Shown: in pieces, positions 31,751 through 43,495 of the stretch
Layout: every line of letters starts with the position of its first letter
Position numbering within the stretch: the stretch's first letter is position 1
Assembly: GCA_964270895.1 (NCBI GenBank)
Contig: OZ185435.1
DNA: 64,000 bases
Source: Podarcis filfolensis
Lineage: Eukaryota
Reading direction: 5' to 3' (one strand)
Program-made: the position numbers and the translations under genes
Notes under the pieces: generated by a model
What the model was told of the DNA's origin: nothing
What the model saw: the letters and a program-made list of their open reading frames with translations, nothing else
Databases searched by the model: none

Positions 31751-33539
31751 GTGCCCGCCACATATAACAATCATGCTGCTATTTACTTGTTTACAAGGTA
31801 TATGGCGAGTCCGGAGACCCCAGTCTTGCCAAGGGCCTTTGGTTGTGACTCTTTTCCAGTTCACTGTTCTTTTGAGTGTCAAGATTCACCAGCCCTTCAT
31901 ATGACTGGAGATACTGTTGTTTCAGGATAAGTTATAACCTAGTTTTTAAATATATTTTACACTGCTTTCAACTATTAAAATTTATCACTCGCCAGTTCCA
32001 GAGTTTCTTATTTTATATTTATATTGGTGTTCTCAAGTAAGCATGCATGAGACGAGAGAGTGAAATCCAATGTGGATTCACCTTTCTCATTCCTAAGCAT
32101 GAGCAACATGAAAAATCCCTGTGATTGAGGAGGTGTATGAGCTAGGGGTGTATCTGCTCTGTTAAGTCCTATGTTTGACATAACTTGGGCAGGGCATCTG
32201 GAACATGTGATGTGTAATACGATAGTGATTGCATAAATCTTACTAGTATTGCATGAAAAGACTGGCAGTCATGCCAAATGGTTTAACAAGAACCAGCCTT
32301 AACTATGTAAAATGGCAAGCAAAACCACTCCCCTTCTTATTTTACAAATTGGATCATTTCATTTAAAGAAGCCCCAGATAAAAATAAAAATTAAAGGAGG
32401 ATGGCTGGAGGGGGGAAAAGACCATCACTGCCAATTGATTGGGAGAGAAAAAAAGCCATGACTGCAGATTGATTGGACCCTTGTTGATAGCACACTGTTG
32501 CTGGTATTTGGCGTGCTTCTATTTGGTTTTGATGTATTGTCAAAAGCTCATGCATACTTAATTGTCACTTGCTTAGAGAACTAGGAAGCTGCAGTGTGAT
32601 ACTTGGCAGCAGCATGCAATGACTAAACTGCCTCCTTTCCAGCTTTCTGTAGGCAGCTGGAAATTATTTGTTTGTTTGCTTTAGGCCTATTTCCCACATC
32701 AGCCATCCTTCCTTAAGAAATATAGCAAAAAGATTTTTAACAAAGTGAAACAAGAGATAATAATATGCTTATAAAATTAAAAGTATAAAATATCATTGGC
32801 TGAAAGTGCAGTATGCCCCCTTTAACCTCAGACACTAATAACCAGCCTTAATTCAGAAATGGAATTCCCCATTGTTTGTGTTGCATGTTTCCCAGCATAA
32901 AAGAAAACAAGGCAGCCGCTCTGTGCTGCATGGATCCTCTGTGCGTGAGTGGCACTGAGGATGCTGCTTCACAGCAGATGAGTTGTCTGAATGATCTGCA
33001 GGTTCCGTTCATTCCTTCATTTCTATGATTTGAAACTGCTATTTTGAACATGTTGGGATTATATGAATAGAGCCACCCCTACCATTGAGCAGAGTGAGGC
33101 AGTAGGTGTTAGACATGGTGATGGCAACCTCCTGGCTGTTCCTACCCTCCTGAGCCGGCTCTCCTGAAGTAGCAACGCTTGCTTGTTCTTGACCACTGCA
33201 GTCTGTCTGTCTTGCCTCACCTCATTTTCTTTTTCCAATGTGCCAGAGGTGGCACTCATCCTTTGCTTTGCTGATTTGACACATGCTGTTGCCACTACAA
33301 TTGCATTGCTATAGTTGTTTAAATGGGCAACAAGCAAGGCAGCAGGCAGACAGTGACCAAACAGTGTCAAGGTGTTGTAGGCCAGAGCTGAGTGTGCCAC
33401 ACAACCAGCCTTGCACCCCAAAACATCCTTCGGGTGCAGTGGAGGACATTATTCCCCCCTAGCGGATTCAGCTGCCAGTCCAGTTAGCTAGCTTCTGTTG
33501 ATAGAATGGAGGTGGGATCTTATCCTTTGTTCGAAAAAG

Positions 33540-33686
33540 CAAAGTATGTTGGACTGCAGAACGTCCCAGGCTCTATCCCTGGTGAGGCTGGGAATGACCC
33601 CACCTGAAACCCTGGACAGCTACAGCCAATACTGATTAGATGGGCCAATGGCCTGACTCAGTATAAGGCATCATCCTGTGTCCCTA
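33540..33686 (+). mobile_element. Decayed squamate tRNA-SINE (Squam2-like, name tentative)
   Basis: GTCCCAGG...CCCTGG...CTGAAACCCTGG...GATGGGCCAATGGCCTGACTCAGTATAAGGCA body and tail. Boundaries approximate. Confidence 0.65.
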
Positions 33687-34019
33687 TCACTGTAAATTTT
33701 TAACAGAAACATATGCAAATTCCACAGGACAAGATAGCAGATACCACAACTTCCAGGCTAGTTCTTCAAGGGGAGATGAGAACACTTTCACACTGTTCTT
33801 GAACACAGTTGCAGGGAGCCCACAGTTCTGGGTGAATGTGATAGTGCATCAGCAGGACAGTAGCCAGGGTCCTGGGAAATGGTGGATACCTGTTTCACAT
33901 CACATTATCAATTCCACATTCAGCATGGGAAGCTGAGATTTTAATTCCACCATCACCTCCTTATCCATGTGGACAAGGATGAGATCCATGATGGGCTTGA
34001 GATCTTTGTATATGTGGAC

Positions 34020-34078
34020 TTTGAGGACTGAGTGGCTGGGGCAACCCAGCAAGATGGGCTAGATATAAATTTTAAAAA

Positions 34079-34126
<48 letters not shown>
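34020..34126 (+). mobile_element. 3' end of the same retroposon family as 181-294, with (ATT)n tail
   Basis: GAGTGGCTGGGGCAACCCAGCAAGATGGGC...ATAAAT then (ATT)n. Confidence 0.6.
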
Positions 34127-34128
<2 letters not shown>

Positions 34129-35059
34129 ACACAGCCAACCCCCCAAAACATCAGTGATAAGGATATGTTTAATAGGTTCTTAATGTCATTGTCCTCAAAG
34201 CTTTCTCATATTACTGTCTCCTTCAGACTAACTGAGGAAAAAGCTATATTTTATGTGACTTCTACAAATAAAGAGGGGTGCCTATATAGCAATGGCCTAG
34301 AAATAACATAAACTGTAGAGTAAGTGCAGTATCATAAATAGTTACTTATTTGTTGCATTGGGCGATTTAATACATTATATATGACAAGTTGTACCATGCA
34401 GAATCTCTACTTGACAGCAAGAAGAATGGCAATGATAAGATAATGGACTGCATTATTGTATCCTTTCATATATTTCTAAGCTTTGAAGTGTTCAGTGCTG
34501 TCTGCTAAAATATAGATGATGCACCCTTATATCTAGCATATCTCAGCTTTGGGCATATTTTAAATGAGAGAGCCATGTTACCAGGCTCTTTTCATTTTAA
34601 TTACAGAAAATCAGTATTCTGCTATTCCAAAAATGCTGTGCCTGGCTGATTGCTAACAAGTTCAACACAGGGTACAAACTCTCCAATGAACAGGGTGAGG
34701 TTGTATTGTAAAGGGGAGTGCTAGATCAAAAGAACGAGTTTCTTAGATTTTTCTTTTTCCAGAAGTTAGATGTTTCATAAGAGTAGATGTGCACAGACTT
34801 TTGCTATGTGAGTTCCTCCAGCCCCATCTCCCCTCATTTCACTTGTACAAAAGACACCACAAAGCGAGTGAATACCTGATAGTTATAATTATATGACTAT
34901 GGATCTGCTTATATCAGTACCAAATTTATATTTCCCTTGTCTAGATTTACATGCATGCCATAAATTAGAGACTGACACATTAGTGCTTTTTTAAAAGTGC
35001 TGTAAAACACATCCCCAAAGTATAGTCTGACCTTTGTAATATTGAACAATAATATAATA

Positions 35060-35309
35060 CAGTCGTACCTTGGAAGTTGAATGGAATCCTTTCCGGAAGT
35101 CCGTTTGACTTCCAAAACATTCGGAAACCAAAGCACAACTTCTGATTGGCTGCAGGAAGCTCCTGCAGCCAATTGGAAGCCACGGAAGGTCTGTCGGACA
35201 TTCGGCTTCCAAAAATAGTTCGCAAACCGGAACACTCACTTCTGGGTTTGTGGCGTTCGGGAGCCAAAACATTCAAGAACTATGCTGTTCGAAAAACAAG
35301 GCACGACTG
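35060..35309. mobile_element. Tc1/mariner (Tigger-like) MITE, 250 bp
   Basis: TIR CAGTCGTACCTTG...CAAGGCACGACTG with TA TSD; internal hairpin ATTGGCTGCAGGA-a-G-c-TCCTGCAGCCAAT. Confidence 0.88.
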
Positions 35310-36620
35310 TATCTAGTTCCACTTGAACTATGTCAAGCTGTATGATGCACAAGATAAGAATGGGAGGTTTAATGAAAACTGTAAACATATTGATAAGCCT
35401 TGCTCTGCATAGCCTGTTGAATTCTAAGATCACAATACAGTATATCTTCTTTTTCATTCATCATGTTGTCTAGCTATAGACAATACTGCAGATTGTAACA
35501 GAATTCCTTAAAACTTTCCAATCTGATCCACATAATAGCTAATAACTTGATCTTGCACTCTATTGCTGTAAGACATACCGCATAGATTCTGGCATTAAAA
35601 TCCATTTGCCCTACAGTGGGGCAAATGCTTCAGCAGTGCTATCGGGGCAGTAATTGCTATTGCCTTTTTTTTTTTTAGCCTTTGCATCGTACAGCAGTGT
35701 CATGAATGATTTTTGAAGGTTCTATCTCTGGTGGCTTAGAGTACTGCATTCAAAAGGCCTTGGCCTGAGCTCTTGAGGCCCGGTGAAAAAAATCACAGTC
35801 AAGTACCAATAATAATGTGTTCAGATGGCAAGCAAGATACAGCTATGTTGCTTAGATCCTATTTTAATTTAAATAACAATCAAATTCCATCCAATAGTAG
35901 TAACAGGGTGCTTGCTTTAGCTTTGTGAATTCTAGTGCCTGCTAATGCTGTAGGATCAGGGTGTGAGAATTTCATCATGTTAGGGTTATGCTGGAAAATA
36001 AACTGCTTTTACAACCTCTCTCCCCCCTCTCTCCAGATTTTTAGGAGGGGATGCAGAAATGTTTCACAAAGATATTGTGACCAAAAAAATCTTGTACAAA
36101 AAAAAAAAAAACAAAGTCAAGGATATCTAGGGGTAAACAAATATAAATGTTTAAGGTATTAAGTATATTTTCCTGTTTAATTTTACCCATAACCCCACCA
36201 TTCACACACATATATACAGTCTGTTTTGTAGTTCCAATAACTTTTCAAATAGGCCCAGTAAAGCAACACAACTGAGCTGCTAGAATTTTTCTTAAATAAT
36301 TCTTTGTAAATGCCCTGGGTTAATTTAGATCTCAGAAAACACATTAGGAAATTAGGCAGTAATGCGAGCTAATTCAAATTTTAATTTGCCAAAAAGAATG
36401 ATCCAGCTCCATAGTTAATGTAAATAGAGGCATAGCACAGAGAAATTAATGAGGTTTTCCTTTCATTGAATCTTCAAGGAGTGTAGATAATTAGCTTCTT
36501 TTGTTATTATTGCAAGGAAATGCAGCATTGTCTAGGAGGTGTAAAATAGCTGTGGCTTCCAAAGTGATAATGTGTTTCATTTGTCTTTTTCTAATAATTA
36601 TTTACATTAAACTCTTTTAG

Positions 36621-36801
36621 GATGATGCCGCACAGCCACTGAATCTTTCAGCCAGACCTAAGACAGCGGAACCTGTCAAATCCCCGACGTCACCAACACA
36701 GAACCTCTTCCCTACTAGTAAAACCAGCCCCGTGAATGCAGCCAATAAAAGTGGAATCCCCAGCCCTATTGGTGGAACTCTGGGAAGAGGATCTTCTCTA
36801 G
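36621..36801 (+). CDS. SOX6: SOX6 internal coding exon ([38 protein letters not shown]...GRGSSL), phase 0/1, 181 nt
   Basis: Acceptor ctcttttag|GAT and donor CTAG|gtactc. Contains the PLNLS CtBP-binding motif known in SOX6. Phase fits both neighbouring exons. Confidence 0.97.
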
Positions 36802-37857
36802 GTACTCAGAAGGGGAGAAATGCTGGGGATTTAGCGTAGGAATGTGTGGTCTTCATAGTTAACTACTTGAGTGCATGCTCACACTATATTAGCATTTATG
36901 AGATAATGCGACTCCACAAGAACTTATGCTATGATAAATTTGTTAGTGTTTCAAGTGCCCACAAGACTTTTTCTTTTTCTTTTTGCTTTTCCTGCCACAG
37001 GTGAACAAGATTATCCTTCTTAAAATTATCTATGTTTGCTGAGCCTGGGTATGCAGCTTTGCTTTAGAACTTAGAATGCCATGCTGGAACGGACCAATGT
37101 CTATCTAGCCCAACATGCTTTGCAGTAAACTGAAGTCAGCAGATGCTAGATCCAGGTGCTATTGGATGCCAGCAGCCATTAGCCCCCAACTATCATTGAC
37201 AGTGGTCAGGGATAATGGGAGTTGTAATCGAGGAATAACTAGAAGCCCACATGTTCCCCAATCCTGAGCTTTGTACTCCAGCAGCATCGACCAGTGTTTC
37301 TAGCTTCTTCCCACTCCTGATTTGGGAAAGAAACAAATTACTGTCCTTTGAGGCCACTGATTTCTAAAGCTTCACTAAAAAACAAAACAAAACACTTTTT
37401 ATTGATTTAGCACATCCCTCATGTGCAAGCGCACACCCTTATGAACAGCTCCTGCTTGTTTCTGAAAATCTGTTGTGGTAGAAATGTGATTGGTGGTACA
37501 GTTCACACAAGGACAGGACACCCCAAAACCCACACAGTACAGTACTTTTCCTCATGTAGGGACAGTTTCCTCCAGTACTAGGTTTTGGTGTCTCTACAGG
37601 AGTGACCTAAAAGTAGGGTTTCTATAGTGCAAAAGAAAACACATTTATGGTTTCAGCAAGACAGAAAAATTACTTTCTGTAGCTATTTTATTTTTAGGTG
37701 CTTGCACTATTTTTCAAAATGATGATATAGCAAGTTTGTATTATAGAATTTATACCATCCTATTGGGACATGGAAGAAGAGGATATAAGCATTCTGTACA
37801 GTATGCAAAGAACAGCTGTTTGCATTTTGTTCTATATCATTACCTTATTTTTATCAT

Positions 37858-37888
<31 letters not shown>

Positions 37889-38602
37889 AATCCCCATTCT
37901 CAATTTTCCTGTATGCAGTAGCCAAGAGAGGTAGTCATAACCTGCAGAGCCTTTCTATCTCTTTAAAGAGCTCCAGAGTTTCAGAAATGATGCTTCTTTT
38001 GCTGTTTTTTCCTTCCCCACCTCCTCTCTTTTGTTGGGTCATGGCTGGCATCAGGAGTCATCATTGTTGGGACTCTAACAAGGCTCACACTTAAGAGGAA
38101 GCCAACTGTTGATCCCTGGAGCCAGCTCCTCCCCCTGCTTCTTGCTACTGCTGACTGTTCATCTACCCTCTCCAGATGAGAAAGCAGTAGCAGGAGGAAG
38201 GAAGAGGAGTAGCAACTGCCACAGTTTCCCTCTGGACAGTGGACTGGGCTGGAACCCCCCCCCCCCCAAAAAAAAATAATAATAATCTGGAACCAACTGT
38301 AAATCAGAGGCGGGCAGACTTCTGGCTTGTGAGATTTACATTGTGTTTTTGTCTAGGTCCATCAATGAGAGCCAGGTGCTAGTCTTAGATGGTAGAGCGA
38401 ATGGCTTACTATGTCCCCTAAGCCAGACACAGGCCAGACATGATATATCCAAGTACAAATCTACATTCATGTTGGGGATTTGAAACACAACTCTAAAACT
38501 GTCTAGCGGACATGGCCAAAGGAAGGCAATTAATATTCATATTTCACAGAACAGGAACACTGAGACTGATAAGTGATTAGTACAAAGCCAACCACAGCAG
38601 AG

Positions 38603-38606
<4 letters not shown>

Positions 38607-38658
<52 letters not shown>
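38607..38658. repeat. (TA)n microsatellite
   Basis: Seen directly. Confidence 0.95.
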
Positions 38659-38662
<4 letters not shown>

Positions 38663-38939
38663 TTCAGTTTCATCTGCTGTTGTTGGGAGTCAGAAACTAT
38701 TGCTCCTTTGTTGCTAACCAGGGAAAGTTCTGCTAGTAGATGTGAGTGCACAATAGGAATCAGATTAAGAAGCAGATAAGAGTTTTTAAAGAAACAGGAT
38801 ACTTTTCTGGGTAATGACCTGGAACTATTAAAGACTGGATAAATATGGAAACAAGTTTATGAACCTGAAAATACTCGTATCATTTCGTATGGGGTTCTCC
38901 AACATTGCAGGATCATTTGGAACATGAGCAGTCATCTAT

Positions 38940-39340
38940 GTAAGATGTGATGATGAGACCCCTCTCAGGAGGGAGTTCCAGAGTTGGCACAGCCACTGAA
39001 AAGTCCCACTCCTGGTCCCAAATAGGCATATGGGGGGGCAGTAGGCAGGTAGGTTCATGTGAGAGAAGGTAGTCCTACAAATATCCTAGTCCTGAAACAT
39101 AATCTGCTTTAAAGGCCATGGCCAGCATTTTAGAAAGGAAGTCCCTGAATATGACCCCTGCAAATAGCCTAGTCAAGTCATTCTGTGCCAGTTTTTCCAA
39201 GCACACTTCACAAGCAGCTCTCCATAGAGCACATTGCAGTAATTCAGACTTTGTCCTTGCCAAATGGGCAGTCTACAGAAACAGGCGTTGGTTGCCCCTA
39301 CCTTCTTCCGCAAGCCTGAGCTGGGCAAGAGCACAGTGAC
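38940..39340 (-). mobile_element. Decayed L2 LINE fragment
   Basis: The minus strand near 39210-39250 translates SLNYCNVLYGEL, close to the L2 motif RLDYCNALY-GLP. GGGAGTTCCAGAG segment also present. Confidence 0.6.
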
Positions 39341-40594
39341 TTCAAGTTTCCAAACACTGAATGATTTTTGTCCTTTGGTATAAACACAGAAAACCCTTCC
39401 ATAAATCTATTCTTTTCTACACTCAAATTCATCTGCAACAGCAATGAGAGTTTATTTAATTCCTACCCTGACTTGTTTCTCAATCAGAACTGAATCAAAA
39501 TGTATTGTCTCAGTGTATTTACAGCTCTGGACTTTTATTTAAGTGCTATCTCACATACACTCACACACATGCTGTAACATGCCATTCCATGACTAGAGTG
39601 CCTTGAATCCAGAATTATACAATCACAACAGAAGACTAATTAAAATTCACATAGTATTTACCTGGACACCTGGTATTTTGGTTGCTTTTCTCATGCCCTA
39701 ACCCAAATGCTGCTTCATTGGGCAGAGTCCTTTTGTTAGGTGCTTTGTGTGATGGCAAGTCACTGTTACCTTGTTGGGTAAAATTGTCCCCTCCCTGCTT
39801 CCTTCAATAAAAGACTCTCAAATCTTTTATTTAACAACATGATAAAATCTGAAGTGGTGAGTGTAGTGGCCACAGGCAAAGTGATCTTTAGGCTAGCTCG
39901 CAAGATGGTTGTGAGGAGAAAATAAAAGAGGGGCCACTCCATTATTTGTCCTACCCACATGAATTCATGGAGGGCTATTAAAAATAAATATAGACAGTTG
40001 TAGCATTATGCAAACATAATATCATGATGTAAGTATATATTCATAAAATAGATATAAAAACAAAAAATATGTGTTCGTCTTTATAAATGCATTGTAAGAA
40101 TTTATGGCAAGCCATTCTAGGTTATGAAATAGTTTCAGTAAGCCATTTAGTATTAGCTGTGCTATACTGACAGCTCTAAGAGGACTAGTTGTAGCTAAGT
40201 AGACATTCATCTGGGCAGAAAACAAATCTGGATTTATGCCCATGTCTTAATTATTGGTGCATGTATTTAATTAACAGTAGACAGGGTGATACCCAACTTT
40301 GTGGGAGTGTTCCATCACCTGCAGTCCTCCACCTCTTTAAAATTTGCCCTGGAGGATCCCCAAACCCACCAGAGCAGATTTGGGAAGCTCACATGGAGCT
40401 TCAGTAGGTGCTCTTCACAGTCTTCACAGATGAAAACAGAAGAATATTTTTAAGTTTGCATCACCTAGAATAAGTAGGTGGTCTGCAACAATTAGTTGGG
40501 TGTGTTCAGTCTTTCATGCAAACAAAGAGGAATTTTTTTTAATGGACTGCTTTCAAAAATATCCTTAAATAAAGATTTTCTTTGTTGTTTCCAG

Positions 40595-40779
40595 ACATCC
40601 TTTCCAGTCTTAACTCACCTGCCCTGTTTGGGGACCAGGATACAGTCATGAAAGCCATTCAGGAGGCTCGAAAGATGAGAGAACAGATTCAGCGGGAGCA
40701 GCAGCAACATCATCATGGCCTTGATGGAAAACTTCCTGCCATGAATAACATGGGTCTAAACAACTGTAGGACTGAAAAG
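40595..40779 (+). CDS. SOX6: SOX6 internal coding exon ([38 protein letters not shown]...NCRTEK), second coiled-coil region, phase 1/0, 185 nt
   Basis: Acceptor ttgtttccag|AC completes a G-AC Asp codon with the previous exon; donor AAG|gtactg. Translation matches SoxD/SOX6. Confidence 0.97.
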
Positions 40780-41439
40780 GTACTGTATTCCTCTCCTGTC
40801 ATTTCTTCTGCTCATTTTTATTTGCAATTCTATCCAGCCAGTGGTCTCTGAACCCCACGTTGCAGCTTCTGCATTTCTAGTTTTAATCATCTTTGATACT
40901 GACAAAATAGTTATTCACTATGTCATATAGTTCTATTTAAAAGAAGACAAAACTTCCTCCTCTTACAGGAAGAAGGAAATTTAGACTCCCAAACATAAAA
41001 TCATCATCATCATCATCATCATTATAGGGCATATATACTAGCATTTGGGCTGGGGGAGTCATGTCTGATGAAATGAGTGGACATAAGAGCCTTGGTGGAG
41101 CAGCAAAAAGTTAATCTAGTCCAGCATCCTTTTTTCCACAGTGGCCAACTAATGCCTATGGAAATTCTATGCACTTTTCTCCATGTCATGCATAATTTTT
41201 ATAAGCTTCTGTTATGTCACCACTTACTTCTTATTTTTCTGTATTAAAGAGCTTCAAATGCATTAGCCTACCTAAAAGGGAAATATCTGGTCTTAAGTAG
41301 CCATAACAGAAGCAGAGGAGGGTGAGCACATGGACATGATGCTTGTTCCCAATTTAGCAACCCTCAGCCAGAATCATTGCATATGAACTGGGCTATATTT
41401 TTCAAACTGCTGTCCAAAGCTGCCTTGCATGAAATCCAT

Positions 41440-41574
41440 AAGCTCAGCATTGTGTGCAGTGACTGGTAAGAGCTCTTCAGACAGGGCATATTCCCAGGCC
41501 TACCTGCAAATGCTGTAGATTGAAGCAGGGACCTTTTGCATGCAAAGGAGGTGCTTTACCATTGAGCTGTGCCC
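41440..41574 (-). mobile_element. Decayed squamate tRNA-SINE (Squam2-like), minus strand
   Basis: Reverse complement begins GGGCACAGCTCAATGGTAAAGCACCTCCTTTGCATGCAAAAGGTCC, a tRNA-like head with an A box. Confidence 0.65.
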
Positions 41575-43399
41575 ATTTTCTCATGCTGAATTAGGACAAA
41601 AGGGGAGGCAACCATTAGCACAACCTTCAGTCTGACGTCTGTCTTTCTGTGAATTTTAGAGTCAGAATGGTCATGGCCTTTTAGTGAGTAATCTGTTTCC
41701 AGTACTGATTTTTAAAAACGTGTTCTGGGAAAGTTACATAGGAATAGTAACTAATATGGTGCTGTTGATAGGTTGTTTGGTTTGTGGCTTGGTACAAGTG
41801 TGATGATTACGGGACAATTTACTCTACTTTATCCTCTCTCAAAGGGTTTTTGAGAAGTTAAAGTGAGATAAGTATGTACTGCAGTCATTTGGTATGAAAA
41901 CAAAGATGGAAAAAAAAACCTGTCTGCAGAGCACCTTGATGACTTCAGCCTTATAAGAAATAACTTCAGATCAGCATGCCCATAGTTTGCAGCCATTGTT
42001 TTCTTGCAGTGATCTGTTCCAGTCTCATCACAACAAAAGCTTATAGATTTTTAAATTTTAGTTGTATTGATGTTTCCTCTTAATCCAAACAATATCCAAA
42101 CAATATTCGTCAGCCGCCAAGAGTTTGTGACACTGGCAGCTGCCTTCAAACTGTTTCCTCGAGAGGAGAATAGGGTTCTGAGGTTCATTGCCTATAGTTG
42201 CATGCACAAAGGGAAAATAACCCTGCAAATAGAACTCTCAAAGACAAGATGCCTTTTCATTTGCATTTTATATGTTGCCTTATTACATTTCTCAGAACAA
42301 CAAGGGGAAAAGGGTCTGTGTCTGTAAAAGGGATTTGCTTAGCCCCTTGCCCCTAGAGGATTAACAGTGGTTTGCAAAACAAATTCATAACCTAATAAAT
42401 ATTTATTTGCACAAGCTTTAGTTTAAATGATAGCATTTTAAAACTCATTTAATACAGATTATCGCTGTGAAAGAATTCTTTGTAACATGAAAGAACTGAA
42501 GGTTTGATGTGTGACGAAGGTCAACAGGATCTCTGGAAGTCCAGACTTCAGATTCCAAACTGACCCCAAATCAGAATGGGGAGCTTTTAGGGCTTGTTTA
42601 TAAACCTATGTTTGTGAAAAGCACTGAAAACTGTGAGCTAATTCCACTGGCCTCTAGAATTATATAGACACCTATAGTATTACGAAAAACAGTGCTTATA
42701 TTAACAGAATTTCACAGGACAAGCTGCTAAATCATGGGCAGACTGATCCACACACTACATGAATAGTGATAATCTGGCTACAAACTTCTATGTAAAATGT
42801 GCTGTATACCAGTGCATCAAAAATCAAGTAATACATCTTTGAAATAGTTGTCTTTTGCCTAGACCAATTTTCAGTACTTCTTTTCAAAAGGGGTTTCTGA
42901 AGATGCACATCTAAATTATTAGGTTTGCTTCTTCAAATACCAGCTAATGATAAATCATTTTAAAAAACAAACAAACAAAAACCACCATCTGTTTGCCTGA
43001 CAAGCAGAATTCAATTGGTGGCGAAGTTCGACTGACCATTTGCAGGATTTTTTTTAGTTCAAATAAACTTGAAACTGTTGTGCAAAGGAATATTCTCCCA
43101 AGCTCAGCCACATAATTTTGAAGTCTGTAAATTGCCTTTGAATTGTCACATTTAATCCATTTTTCTTTGCATTAATTATATTAATTTTAAAAGCATCTTA
43201 GTTTTATGAAGATTTATACAAAAGTAAAGGTATATTTTTAAAAACGTAAAAGTTGACAATTAGGTGATGTGATTTTGATTGTGTGGGGAAACTGCCACAA
43301 AATGTCACACTGTATAGAGCCTTAAAGGCTAGAATAAGCACTTTGAGATCCCAGAAGCAAATCGGAAGCTAATGGAGCTACCATGAGATTGGAGATATA

Positions 43400-43495
43400 T
43401 AGTTAGACTTGCAAACATTTGGATGAATGGAAGCTTCTGGGCTCTCTTAAAGGCAGCCCCATGTAGAGAACATTACCATAATCCAAAGTGCGAGA
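43400..43495 (-). mobile_element. Decayed L2 LINE fragment
   Basis: The minus strand translates RTLDYGNVLYMGLPL, the L2 LDYCNALYMGLP motif. Confidence 0.6.

Noticed and set aside
41062-41095. CTGATGA as a hammerhead ribozyme core
   Set aside because: No stem II or GAAA box follows.
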